The position numbers and the translations under genes are program-made. 64,000 bases of DNA from Rhynchobatus australiae (taxonomy: Eukaryota). The notes below the pieces were generated by a model. It saw nothing but the letters and a program-made list of their open reading frames with translations. It had not been told where the DNA came from and made no database searches. This document shows, in pieces, positions 24,436 to 37,214 of this stretch (the stretch's first letter is position 1; the number at the start of each line of letters is the position of its first letter). Location of the stretch: positions 53,300,081 through 53,364,080 of the forward strand of contig JAUZTB010000001.1 of the NCBI GenBank assembly GCA_034780895.1, in the 5' to 3' direction.

Positions 24436-27400
24436 TGAATGCACTGTGTATTAAAACGCCTGTGGAGTTATAACAGAAGGGTCTTAGCTGCAACACTTAT
24501 CCTCATTGTTAGTTGTGTTTTAAGCATCCAGATTACATCTTCCATGTTCTCTGGGAATTGTTCCTGCTTCTTTCTTCTGAATGGTGGAAGAGGAGGAGAA
24601 TCAGCAATCAGAACCTCCACCAGAACCTGCTGAGCCTTTGGGGTGATCAGATGTTCATGGTTAATGTATGGAGGAGTCTACATCCAAAATCCAGGGTCTT
24701 CGGGTTAAAATCACTGTANNNNNNNNNNAGGCTTTTGCCTCCTCCTGCAATTTGAGCTGACTTTTGTTGGACCAGGAGTCAGGTCCTTGCACTGGCCAAA
24801 GATTCTACAATTCTGAATGTTTTTCAATGTCTTCTTTCAACTTGTAGTAAGAGGTGGTCCTCATCTGATACTGCAGTGTGGAGCAGCGTTAGGAAACTGA
24901 CCAATATACTCTTCTCTATTGTACTTGGCAGTCAGCAGGACATGCTTTCAGCTTTGTAGCAGTGCCTGACTTCCCTCTCATGTGGAATGATTTACTGTAT
25001 ATAAAGTCATTTGGCTACTAGAATATTATCCAGCAACACTAGCCAACAGGAAGATTTTGCATTTGGTCTATTTACAACCAGTGGTTAGTATTTTGCAAAT
25101 CTGAGCAAAGTACTTGGTGAACTGGCAAGATGCTTTAGTCATAGAGTCATACAGCATGGAAACAGGTCCTTTGCCTCAGCAAGTTGATGCCGACTATCAA
25201 CCACCTATTTACACTAATTCACAGATGTTCACTGAAAGGCCTGTTTCTGTGTTGTATTACTCTATGAATATATGACTCAAGCTCCCTTACTCCCATCGGT
25301 TACTTCTTCTGTGACCTGAAGAAGCTGGAGAAAGGCTGTTGTTCCTCACAGGCTGACAACTTCTGGCTCCATCAGCCTGTGAGAGTGAACTGCAGAGTGC
25401 TGCATCATGGCTGTTGTCAACAAGCTTGGCCCTGTTGACATGCTGGCAGCAATGGTGGGTACTGATTTGGGGTTCAGTGGGAGTGTGGCAGGGTGTGAAT
25501 GTGAAGATGTGCTCAGGTGCAGAGTAAGATGGAGCGAGGAATGCATAGAAAGATGAACATTGATCAATTGACCTCTGCGGGCAACAACTTTTCAACAGGT
25601 GTGGACTGAAACATCTTGACCAGAGATGCAATCTTGCTTTAAATGGTAGATACCATTTCAAGCAGAGGTGAGAAACACATTGAATCTTTTAGTCAGGTGT
25701 TAACATGGATCAGGTTAGCCTGACAACAACCTGGATATTTGCTTCTGTTAGCTTACTCCTCAAGTTAAAATTGGGCTGCAGTATTCTTCTATCTACTGGT
25801 GACATGATAACATGTCTATATATCGCTATTTTTGTCAATCTTTTTGTAATGATTGAAATTTTATTCATCATTTTGCAGTCCTTTGCTACTATTCTGAATT
25901 CTGACAACATTCATGTTTGTGAATCAATAAAATACACCATCTTAATGCCATATCATTGTATTTTTTATTTTATTTTATTTGTAAATTTAAGTGCATCCAT
26001 GGTAGTTTAATTGCTTGATGGCATACTCCATGGTAGAATCTGATGTGGAAATAGAACATATAAAAGCATAATTATGCTGCTCACCTCTCCTGCAATCCTG
26101 TCTTCCTCATACTTACCCCATTTATTATCCACAAAAATCTAATTTTTATGTTTCTCCTTCACCAAATATCCTCATTTCCGTAATTGATTTTAATTGAGAA
26201 AAAAGGTAAGTTTGATACAAGTATGATTGAGTTCTTTCTGCAATCAAATATGGTGACTGAAATATAAGGTGAATGAGCTCATTTGCTGCTTTAGCAGACA
26301 ACTATACTTATATGATACATCCCAGAGGAACAATGCTAATAATTGTAATAATAATACTCTATAATATGTAATAATAACAATGGTAATAATAATACTCTTC
26401 AATGTGGGTTTTGAGTTTGAGATTACATTGAGAATTCAATAGGATTGAGTTAGATGATCAGTGATGAGACTTCAAGGACTTACCTGCCCCTCTTTTTGCA
26501 CTTGGTGCAGTAAATGGCAAGAGCAAGGACCTCTACAATGAGAAATAGAGGCAATGCAGCTGAAATCAATCCAAATTTCCATGCTTTAAGACCAAAAACA
26601 GAGACTTCGGATTGGTTTATACCTGTGTAGACAAAATAACAAGGAAGTGTAAATGTTGGAGTTCATTCATGGGGTGATGTTGAATAGTGAATCCCCAGTT
26701 TTCATCACACCATCATTAGTGGCCATGCCTAAGTCTTCGACCAAGCTCTTAACACTGGCCAGTAGCTTGAAATCAGTGGTCCCATGTGCTACTGTAATCA
26801 TTACCATTAATTGTGAGTTGATTAGGTACTGTGTAAATTGTGCAGTCTCGTAAAGACCTAAGTTTCATCCCTCAAGCCTGATACCTGATCTGTGACCTAA
26901 CTCCACATATCAGTCTTTGTCCTCTATCTATTAATACCTTTGTCAGCAGGAAAAAACAATCTCATATTTACTATTAGTACCCAGCATCATTTGTGGAAGA
27001 GAGTTTCAAACATCTGCCATCCTCTTCACTCCTTAAAGCCTAGTTCTATTTTTTGGATTTTGCCTGCAACTTCCAGGCTCCCCAACTAACAGTAATTGTT
27101 GGTTACTCACCAACAACTCACTGCCCCATCACCTTCACTTAATATAAAAAGAATCTTCAATCCTTAACCTTGTAGATTCCAGGGAATCTGTGTAATTTCT
27201 TCTTGTAAATTAACCATTGGAGGCAAAGTACCATTCTAGCAAATCAAGGTTGCATTTCCTCCGAATTTGATTGTCCATCATTGGCAGCTGTGCCTTNNNN
27301 NNNNNNNNNNNNNNNNNNNNNNNNNNNNNNNNNNNNNNNNNNNNNNNNNNNNNNNNNNNNNNNNNNNNNNNNNNNNNNNNNNNNNNNNNNNNNNNNGGAG

Positions 27401-27928
27401 AGCAAGCCCAGAGGAGGCAGCAAGATAGGGGAGGTGGAAGGGCGGTCCGGAAATGGCTGGACAGGTTAGGTAGGGAGGTAGGAGAGATTAAGGTGACAGG
27501 AGTGGGTTGATAGTCGGGTGTGGGAGAGGGATGCTGGTTGGTGGGGCTGTGGGGTGGGTGGTGAGTTTTGGTCTTGTGTGGGTTGAGAGAAAGGCTATTG
27601 CTTTTGAGGGGATGATTAGGCCATGAGATGGATTCTTTATTCTTGTACCCTTCTTCCCGGGTGATTGACACACAAAAGTTTGTGTGTCTAGTGTTTTTGT
27701 TTGAAGTGTCGGGTGAGAATGAGGCCAATCCATACTCCAAAAATAAGTCAGCTGATTAAATTCTCTTGGGGTTTTCCTGTCAGTCAGAAAACCGAGCATA
27801 GCACACTAGTGAATGTTGGGACTGGTTGCGAGACTGTCCCCACTGCTGATGAGTAAGCAGAGTCAAATTTAGCAAGTTGGTTGGTTTAAAAAGTCAATGG
27901 AGTGTGCTTTAGCCGCAAACTATTAGGA

Positions 27929-28190
27929 CAGTGTACTCTTGTGTTACAGCAGTTCGAGTAACAGAAATTCACCAGTACCGAATTCACAAATCACTACCAA
28001 ACAATTTTGAGAGACGGAATAAAAGTTCACTCTTATGGAATTTGAGGGGAAAAAAATAACTAAATTAAAAAAAACAAGACACGAAACTGACAACATATTT
28101 CGTCAATTTTTGTTGCAGAAAATCGTGATATAGACAGTTTTCTAGGAACACCATCTCTCTGTAATGTACAATAGTTACAGGCGGGTGTCC
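27929..28190 (-). mobile_element. Non-autonomous DNA transposon (pogo/Tigger-like MITE), second copy
   Basis: Reverse-complement similarity to both ends of 36961-37214 (ttctaggaacaccatctctctgtaa vs ttacagaggggttgtgttcctggaa; acagaaattcacc..ttcacaaatcact). Confidence 0.6.
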
Positions 28191-30093
28191 AGTTGAATGA
28201 TTTAGCCCAAACAGTAAAACAGATTAATTATTAACTTTTTCCACCTAATAATATCAGGATGAGTTATGTAACTGTAATCCAAATGTATGTCTGATCTTGC
28301 GACAGTGGGAAAAACCTGATTAGGATAATTAGATATATCTGTAATCAAAGTCAATTCAAGTAATTTGGTCTGCCCTACATTAAAATCATGTTGGTTTGAT
28401 TGCAGAATTGGTTTGTTGTTACACATCAGATGCCAGTACTAGCTGCCCACAGGTCTACAGGTAAGTATTTAAATATGAATGTAGCGAGGAGTAGGTACAA
28501 AAAGATTCAAGGATGATATACATGTCATCGTTATTATGACATATTTAAATATTTTCAAAACATTTATTTTAAACCTTTCTTTTTTGACATCACACTTTTC
28601 TAATGAAAATTTGTAAATGAAAAGTTTCAAAGGGACTTTGAGTGAAATGTAGGAATTGATTGAACGGCTCCTCAATGGAGTAGATTTTTTTTAAAGCAAT
28701 ATTGTTACTACCTTTTTAATAGTATTAGTTGCTTTTTACAAGCAAGTCCTCCCACGAAAAGAAGTGTATCAGAGTATTGTGNNNNACTCAGGGTAGGAAG
28801 TGCCTCCCTTCTGAAAACATTAAACTATATTTGGTTATTTAATGGTTTATATTTCGCAATACACATTTTACATGATGCAGATTATTTTGGTTGAAGCTAA
28901 CTAATTATTTACCTATGATTTTATACTATAAAAGCAATAGAAAAACAGTGAGACTGTGCCTCTTCTTGCCCACTAAAATGAATTATTTCCATTGTGCATG
29001 CGTGATTGTTAATGTGTGTAAAAGGTGCTGCTGCTACCTTTCCTCTTGCTTTTACTCAGTTTACATGATACTCATGCATGGTGACAACTTTTCAATCAAG
29101 TGCTATCTCTCTGCAAGTATCCTTGCAGAAAAAATACCTGAGATTGGGATACAGGCCACGTGTAAACAAACGAAAGGACTGGGGTTCTCTGCAGGAAGCT
29201 TCATTATTTTTCCATCCCACTTTAATTTAAATCTTTTGACCAGTTTCCCTCTTTGGTTTTCCACAGAGTAGGAAATGGTGAATTCACTGGATCCTTGGTT
29301 CCTCTTTGCTGGTGAGCACCTTACTGGTGCAGTGCATGGCCCATTGGATCCTTGTCTCCTTAAAAGATCCACGTCCACCTGGAGGAACCGGATTCAGGAA
29401 GCCCCATTCTTTCTTAAAAAGAAGTCCATGTGGCTGATGAGACCAAGGCTCCTCATGGTCTACAAGGGAGTTTTGGCTACAGCAATGGGCCCTGCTGTAT
29501 CCTTGGCTCTTTCTGATTGAATGCTACACGTCATGCATTGGAACAGGCAAGGTGTAAATGTCCATCCTCTACTGTGAGTAGAGCCTGGTATCATAACTTA
29601 TCCACAGGCTTCCAGAGCAAAGGCGTTGGGTTAATGTTGAATCTGCTGCCTCCCAGGCTCTGAGCTTTGGAGAGGTGGTTGGTTCGTGGCTTGGTGGGCA
29701 GTGTGCAAAGTGACACTGCTGTACGGGCTGATTGGTAGCAGGTACATCACAAACAAACCTGGGATACCTGTGTTTATGTGTGGGGTAGGGTGGTAGTTGA
29801 TGAATCTTGTGGGGCAGGTAGTGTTAGTATAGTTTCTTCAAAGGTGATGCAGGCAAGGAATTGTGAACAGTGTTAAAACGAAATATATAAAGGATGTGGT
29901 GTTTGTAAATATTTTAGTATCAGGTAATCTTTCAATAACATTCAAATTAAAACATGCATGAAACTTTTACATACAAAATAAACTGATTTTTGTTTTAACG
30001 TGCACTGTACAGAACTGCAAGGCNNNNNNNNNNCCCTGTGATTTTTAACTACCAGATGTCACTAATTAAACTGTATCTTTGCATTTTTTTCAG

Positions 30094-30259
30094 GTCCAGC
30101 TTGAAGCCATAGCGGCTAAATACATAATGCTTGTGCGTGAACAAACAGGCCAAGACATGTTTCAAACAGATGAGAGACGTCTGTCTGCTACAGCTTGTCG
30201 GCAATATTCCGAAGAGCAGAATTCCAGAAGCCCTTCAGCAGAGAACGTGGATGGACCAG
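30094..30259 (+). CDS. NAB1: NAB1 coding exon 5
   Basis: tttttttcag| VQLEAIAAKYIMLVREQTGQDMFQTDERRLSATACRQYSEEQNSRSPSAENVDGP |gtacaa; 166 nt, phase 0 to 1; ERRLSA..RQ.SEE motif. Confidence 0.92.
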
Positions 30260-30864
30260 GTACAAAATACAAGTCATGTATGCCAATCATGTATAATAAA
30301 TCATCTGGTTAAAATGAAATAGCACATCAAACATCCCCAGTAAAATAGNNNNNNNNNTGCACTGAATTTCAAACCAACAATCTAGACCCAAAAATCTATT
30401 GTAATTTTCTTCAGAATCCACCAGTAGTAATAAGTATTTTAAGATCTTTAAAGCTTTGGCACAGTATTCAAGCTATGCCTCATTCTGTACAGTATCAAGC
30501 TTCAAAGTGGACTTGATATTTGGCCAAATCCAGTCTCTAATTTGTGGTGTAATTATGACTTGGTCTGTTCTCTAACTGACCCAGCCTTATGAAAGGGGGT
30601 TTGTGATGGATAGGTTCATTGTGGCAACAGTTTTATTTTGCAATGGTTTGGAAATTAAAATATAAAGAATACATTTCTGTATGCAGACACATAGCACCTG
30701 TCTAACAAGAATCCTATGGTTGCACAAAAGTCCTTTTTATTGGGTTTAGTATGAAACTAATGTTAAATTTACATGGATTAAAGTAATTTCTCAGTGCAAT
30801 ATAACTAGACCTTGCAGGAAGCAATCTTATCAAGAACAATGTTGATTTTTAAAATTCATGCCTA

Positions 30865-31300
30865 GGACAAGGATATTGCTTACAACACCAGCCTTTTAAT
30901 GCCCAAAATTAATTTCCCTTGAGAAAGTGGGGCACCATCTTCTTTAACTATTCCCAGAATATGCTGTGTGGGGAATTCAGAATTTTGATCCAGCAACGAT
31001 GAGCCAACAGCATGGTGTGTGACTTGTAGGGGAACTTGCTAGTGGTGGTGTTCCCAGGTACCTGCAGCCCTTGTCCTTCCAGGAGGTAGAGATCATGGTT
31101 TTGGTGAACTGCAGTGCGTTTTGTAGGTGGCACAAACTGCAGCGACAGTACACCAATGGTGGAGGAGTGAGTGTTAGGAGCGGTGGATAGGGTGCAAATT
31201 AAGTGGGCTGTCTCTTCCTGGAAGGTGTTGAGCTGTTTACATGTGTTGGAGTATCACTTGCAAAGACAAAAGGAGAATATTCTTTTACATTGTTTTGTAG
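30865..31300 (-). mobile_element. Old CR1/L2-group LINE 3' fragment
   Basis: gggaacttgctagtggtggtgttcccaggtacctgcagcccttgtccttc and ccaatggtggaggagtgagtg; more decayed relatives near 41080-41450 and 54700-55450. Confidence 0.6.
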
Positions 31301-33523
31301 ATGATGGTAACCATACCATTATCTAAAAGACACAACCATGTAATGGAATATTCGCCCTTTTCTCTTTGCAAGTTACACGCCAACACGTGTAAACAGCACA
31401 ACACCTTCCAGGAAGAGACGGCCCACTTGATTTGCACCCTATTCACCACCCATAACACTCACTCCTCCACCATCATTGGTGTACTGTGGTTGCAGTTCAA
31501 GTTTAGCTTGAATTGGACCTTGCTTTTAAGTGAGTAGGCAGAAAATTGATTAATCCAGTGGATTTTATTGAATCTGGTNNNNNNNNNNNNNNNNNNNNNN
31601 NNNNNNNNNNNNNNNNNNNNNNNNNNNNNNNNNNNNNNNNNNNNNNNNNNNNNNNNNNNNNNNNNNNNNNNNNNNNNNNNNNNNNNNNNNNNNNNNNNNN
31701 NNNNNNNNNNNNNNNNNNNNNNNNNNNNNNNNNNNNNNNNNNNNNNNNNNNNNNNNNNNNNNNNNNNNNNNNNNNNNNNNNNNNNNNNNNNNNNNNNNNN
31801 NNCTGTTGTTTCTCAAGGTTACAATTCTCCCAATCCCTTTTTTAAAGCAATTGTCTTATGCAGTTTTGTTTTGCTGCATTTCCTCATTGTTTACCAGGCC
31901 TACTTTCTCCTTCTATGTCTCCCTCCAGAAAATTCCCAAAATCCATGCCCAAATCCTGATTTACATCTCTTGATATTCCTGTTTTGTTGAAATGTGACTT
32001 ATGGGTGATAATTTGCTGCCTTCCCAAATTGAGTTGCACCCTGCAGCAGTCTTTGTGTAATTCAGTGGTTGGCAGGTCTCATTGAGTCTTTGCCCTATTA
32101 CTTTTGAATCTGTTTTTCTTCTTGTTAAAGCATTGGCCTGATTATCTCTTTAATTAAAGAGATTAAATCTTTTTAATTAAATCTTTAGCACACTCTCCAG
32201 CTTCTGACTTCCTTTTAGTTTGGCTCACTTTGACAATGTCACCTAATCAAGCCTGCTTGGTTCCGCCTCCAGCAATTTAGTCTTCCTGCTAAATTACCTG
32301 TAGTGTACGGGATTACGGGATGCATGCTGGATTCTTTTATCCATAACTACATTGGCTTTGCACACCACATCTCCTTTATCTAGCTATATCCTCCTTGTTG
32401 TTCTCCAGAGTGCTTGATGTTATGTATTTATAAATGTGAAGCATTTGTCTTGTGTGTGCCATACTATGATCCTACTGGACAAGTGAATCATGTGGCATGC
32501 CTGAAGTTCAGAATGTAACAGTTTTGCAGATATTCAGTTTTTCAGTAAGTCATAGTCTCCAGATGTAGTTAGCGTACTGTCTTGCAGATAAACCTCTGTC
32601 TCTTTGCAGCTTTTCAATGCATTTTGAAGGCATTATATTTGACAATTAACTACCTCTAGGTGTATCCTCCTCCTTTATCCCCAGTTCTTTTGAGGCCTTT
32701 TTTTATGCTAATGACACTTCAGTAGATAGTTGTCAAGTTCTGTTTAAGGGTAACCTTCTTGATGTTGTTTTTCCCCTTGTGTACTTTTCAAAGGAACATT
32801 TCACTTGTAGAAAAGCAATTTTCTGCTCAGTCTGCACTTCACAAAACAGTTGTGATTGAGTTGCATCTGGAGACACAAAAGCATGACCTACATCTTTCTG
32901 CTCTGTTGCATAGCACGTACTTTATTGCGCTGTGCTTCCCCAAGCTAGATTTTATAGATGTTGCCATCAACCAAAGAAATGGTTGCAGGCATAGAATTTT
33001 AATTTCAGAAAGATGTGTCTAAATTTGTGCAAGTCAGCCAGTCAAACCCTCATACTAATTGTAAATGTGGTATAATTGAGTGACGGCGATGAGCTCCTGA
33101 ATTATCTTGGCATTGACACCTGTGAGCCTTCACTGCAAGCAGAAATTTAAATTTGACACAGGACCTCATAATTAATTGTGTTGGATGGTGTTCCACCATG
33201 CTATTATTACTCTGCTGTTATTTCAGTTGGTGAAAAATCAGCCAATGTTATGGCTGAATGAGCTGACTATATAGGCGAGGCAACTGATTTTAATAACAAG
33301 TGGCAGTGTGATGTTGGAAGCAAAACAAGATAAGAATCTTCATGTTAAAACAGAGCATACAATTTGTGGAGATATGAATGACAATCAGAAGTATTGGGAA
33401 TAAATTGCCCAAGTGTGACTTGCATAACCTAGAATGCTGGAATTAAACAGAACATTCTGGAAATGTTCAACAGCATAGATTGAATGTTCTATGACATGTT
33501 TCAGGCTGATGACTTTTCAGTAG

Positions 33524-33835
33524 GAGTCATGGTCACACAGCAGTGAAACCAGCCCCACAGCCCACTGAGTCAGCAACAACCATGAAGCATTCATCTCCAC
33601 CAATCCCGCACTAATTCCCATTTTATTCTCCCCACATTCCCCGTCAGCTACAACCACTCTCCTGCACACTATGGGTAATTAACCCGCCAACCAGCATGTT
33701 TTTTTTTGGAATATGGGAGGAAACCAGAGGATTTGGTGGAAATTGGCACACACGCAGGGAGGACATACAAACTCCACACAGAAGCATTGGACCTGTGAGG
33801 TAGCAGCTTTACTAGCTGTGTCACTGTGGTTCCCA
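33524..33835 (-). mobile_element. HE1-like V-SINE
   Basis: gggaggacatacaaactccacaca (reverse V-domain) and tactagctgtgtcactgtg (reverse head of the 21457 copy). Confidence 0.78.
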
Positions 33836-34405
33836 AGTCTCCAGAAGAAAAGCCATTGAATTGTAATGCTAATTCCAGAAGCATGAGCAACATTCAGTCT
33901 TCAAACCTTCTGTGTCATTTGCATATGACATGAATGATTTGCAGCTCAATTCCACCCAATGCTGTGATCCCTTTTATACCCATATCTAACAAAAGTCTCC
34001 GAGAAGCCCCAATTGTCTGCTGACAGTTTTGGGAAAGAGTTCCAGCCTTCTGCTAACCTTCATTTGGAAAGCGCCTTTCTAATTTCATACCCGAATGAAT
34101 GGTTTTAATTTTGTCCTCTCTTGTCTTTTTCTTAGGTTGTCTTGTCCTCGTGAAGAGAAATAGTTTTGGAAATTCTTAAACATTAATAAAAACTGGGAAT
34201 GCAATTAACTCTATATTAGAAGGGATGCAAGCTTAAAATGAAGTGTTCCTCTGTCCACAGAAGCTGGTTAACCTGGATGTATCTTATTTTGTAATTTTGT
34301 TTTAGATTTACAGCACCCACAGTTATCTTGTTCTTTACAAACATAAATATAGGAACAAGACAAAGTTATTTATCACATGCCACATTGTTTGTTGTTTCTC
34401 TTCAG

Positions 34406-34558
34406 CTGACAAACCACTGAATCTCAGGATCTCTAATCAGCAAAGCAGGCAAATAATGCAGCAAATGGTATCCGGAGAAGATTTACACCTGGCTAAGCAG
34501 GTGTCCAATGAATTAAGCAGGCTATATTCTAGTAATCCAAGAGAGCCACACTCCTCAG
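34406..34558 (+). CDS. NAB1: NAB1 coding exon 6
   Basis: tttctcttcag| (A)DKPLNLRISNQQSRQIMQQMVSGEDLHLAKQVSNELSRLYSSNPREPHSS |gtaatg; 153 nt, phase 1-1. Confidence 0.92.
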
Positions 34559-34989
34559 GTAATGTAAATGGATCCATGAACAAGATGATGCAGACCATTT
34601 ATTGATAAAGTAGATTTTTGCTGTTTTTTCAAAACTTAGAATGTGGGCAATAGTACCATCTCCATGATCACACACTGCAACCAGAATGCCTTGGATACAT
34701 TTTATAAATGTGGCATGTACAGTCCTTTAACTTTACAAGGATGCAGCCAACATCCAGGCCTTCATCAATGCCACTAATTGGAGGTGAACGGGGAGCAAAA
34801 CAGCCTGACATTCAGAAATGCATACTTTTGTGGGTACTTCTGCAGGTGATCTGACCCAAGATCTAATCTTATTTTCCCTACAAACATTCTAAGGTACTTG
34901 TGATGCCACCAGAAACATTGCAGTACAAACGTAATAGGACACATAGTCAAAACCATTACTGACTGTGGTCCTCCCAGTCACACCAGCAA

Positions 34990-35344
34990 ATTTATTTTTA
35001 ATTCCAAAATAAACTTTATTCATCATTTTAAAAAAACAAACTATGTACAACAATAAAACAGTACAAACCTTTACATTCATGTATGGATCAAATATCAGTG
35101 TTACCTTTTTATTTAAAAAAAACATAGCACCAATGCCACTCGTGTGGCTCTCTAGGGGCTACCCCAATCCCATATTTACAATATTTAAGGGGCTTCCTCG
35201 CCTGACCCCGCCCCTCCCTCTCCAGTGGCAGAGGAACCCTAAACTGTAGTCCTTCTGCACTGATCCCTTGTGTTGGCTCCACCCAGCTTCAGGGCGTCCC
35301 TCAGCACGTACTCCTGCAGTCTGGAATGTGCCAGTCGGCAGCAT
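34990..35344 (-). mobile_element. Tx1 (L1-clade) LINE 3' end, copy A
   Basis: CRLAHSRLQEYVLRDALKLG, 3' UTR, AATAAA and A-rich tail on the minus strand; direct repeat of 35345-35672. Confidence 0.75.
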
Positions 35345-36078
35345 TTTTTTTAACCAAAATAAACTTTATTCATAAAAGAAACTATATACAATAATAAAAC
35401 AGTTCAAACCTTTACATTCGTATAAAGTTCCATTCTTAGTGTTACTTTTTATATATAAAAACACAGCACTGATGCCACTCGTGTGGCTCCCTGGGGTGAT
35501 ACCCCAATCCCGTTTTTGTTTATAATATTTGAGGGGCTTCCTCGCCTGACCCCACCCCTCCCTCTCCTGTGGCAGAAGAACCCTAGACTGTCATCCTTCC
35601 CCACCTGCACCCAGCTTCAGGGCGTCCCTCAGCATGTACTCCTGCAGCTTGGAATGTGCTAGTCGGCAGCATTCCCCTAGGGACATCTCACAGTGCAGGG
35701 AGACCAACAACTTTCAGGCAGACCAAAGGGTGTCTTTCACCAAGTTGATGACCTTCCAGCAGCAGTTAATGTCCGTCTGTGTGTGTGTCCCTGGGAACAG
35801 CCTATAGACCAGAGAATCCTCTGTTACGCAGCTGTTGGGGATGAAACGTGACAAGGACCCCTGCATCTTTCACCACACCGTCCTCACAAACCCACAGCCC
35901 ACAAAGAGGTGGGCGACCATCTCGTCCCCAGCGCTGTCCTCCCAGGGGCAGCACCTGCTGGGCTTGATGTTCCACCCATGCAGGAAGGATCTGACTGGGA
36001 TGGCCCCTCTCACCACCAGCCAAGCGAGGCCTTGATGCTTGGTGGTGGGTTCTGGCGATGAGGCATTCTGCCAGATGG
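35345..36078 (-). mobile_element. Tx1 (L1-clade) LINE 3' fragment with C-terminal Cys/His domain, copy B
   Basis: IWQNASSPE..KHQGLAWLVVRGAIPVRSF..CP...E.VAHLFVGCGF...VW; A tail at ~35345-35351. Confidence 0.8.
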
Positions 36079-36256
36079 TCAATGTTTTGGCTCAGAACCC
36101 TTCTTCAGGACTGAAGATAGGAAAAGGGGAAGCCCAATATATAGGGGGGAAAGAGCAGTGATAGGTGGACAAAAGAGGAGAGGCAGGGTGGGCACAAGGT
36201 GGTGATAGGTAGATGCAGGTAAGAGATGGTGATAGGCAGATGTGGGGGAGGAGGGG
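36077..36256 (-). mobile_element. Penelope-like 3' UTR fragment ending at the hammerhead-like motif
   Basis: The minus strand is pyrimidine-rich (cctatcacc repeats), then CAGTC CTGAAGA AGGGTTCTGAGCC AAAACATT GACC. Confidence 0.72.
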
Positions 36257-36960
36257 AGTTTTACTTCCTGAAGACTGGTTCTCATTTTAATTAACAGCTG
36301 CTATCTGTAATTTCATCACTACGGAGTAATCCCTATCAGGGAAACACAATTACCTGATCCTCTGCCTAGGACTCTAAGGCCACTTTCTTCAGATGAGGAA
36401 GGAGGAGCAAGCTTGGTCAGAGATTGGTCTTGGTATCAGCATCAGACAACACTGGAGGACAGAGCTGTAGCAGACAACATTAGAGATTGGCACAATGGAG
36501 TAGGGATTGGACAGAGAATCAGACTGGGGCCTGCAGTACTGGAATTGGTCTGTCAAACATGCAGCAAGCTGAGAATGCTCCAGAATTTTGTTTTGTTTAG
36601 AGAATTCTTCCCCTTCTTCACACCTTGCTGCATGTNNNNNNNNNNNNNNNNNNNNNNNNNNNNNNNNNNNNNNNNNNNNNNNNNNNNNNNNNNNNNNNNN
36701 NNNNNNNNNNNNNNNNNNNNNNNNNNNNNNNNNNNGGTCACAGATGCTGATCAATTTGAAAACTGACCTCGGGTCCAAGCAGAAGACGGCAACATCAGCA
36801 TTTGTGAATTAACTTCACTATCTGTGTTTGTCCACCGGTTTCCATAAACTAGATTTAGCAGCCAGGAACTAGTTGAAAGCACCACTTTTAAGTAATATGA
36901 GAGGATATTGTATTCAAGAAAGGGGACAATGTGTAATAACATACTAAAAGAATTCCAATA

Positions 36961-37214
36961 CAGACAACTCCTGCTTTACAGAGGGGTTGTGTTCCTGGAA
37001 GATGATTCATATTGTGATATTTTTTTTCCACAATGCAAAGCTATGTCATTATGCACATGTCAAAAAAATGAGTTTTTAAAAAATTGTTAATATACTTTGC
37101 ATAAATTCTATGAGAGCAAATTTATTCTACATCTCAAATTTTTTTTAGTGATCTGTGAAATCCATGAGGGCGAATTTCTGTAATCCAAAAGGCCATAATG
37201 TGGGGGTTCACCTG
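36961..37214 (+). mobile_element. Tc1/mariner-superfamily (pogo/Tigger-like) MITE, 254 bp
   Basis: TA|CAGACAACTCCTGCTTTAC ... ATAATGTGGGGGTTCACCTG|TA: degenerate TIRs starting CAG, TA on both sides; second copy at 27929. Confidence 0.62.

Noticed and set aside
25139-25267. ~35 bp terminal inverted repeats resembling a MITE or pre-miRNA
   Set aside because: Both arms are the common CR1/HE1 3' tail (aggcctgtttctgtgttgtat.actctatga) in opposite orientations.
27210-27799. Long Pro/Ser-rich minus-strand ORFs (also 21943-22603)
   Set aside because: Products of G-rich low-complexity sequence and N gaps; no splice or domain support.
36413-36812. ORFs spanning N runs (also 31546-31990, 38132-38503, 42376-42861, 53813-54217)
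   Set aside because: Length inflated by Ns; no recognisable protein.
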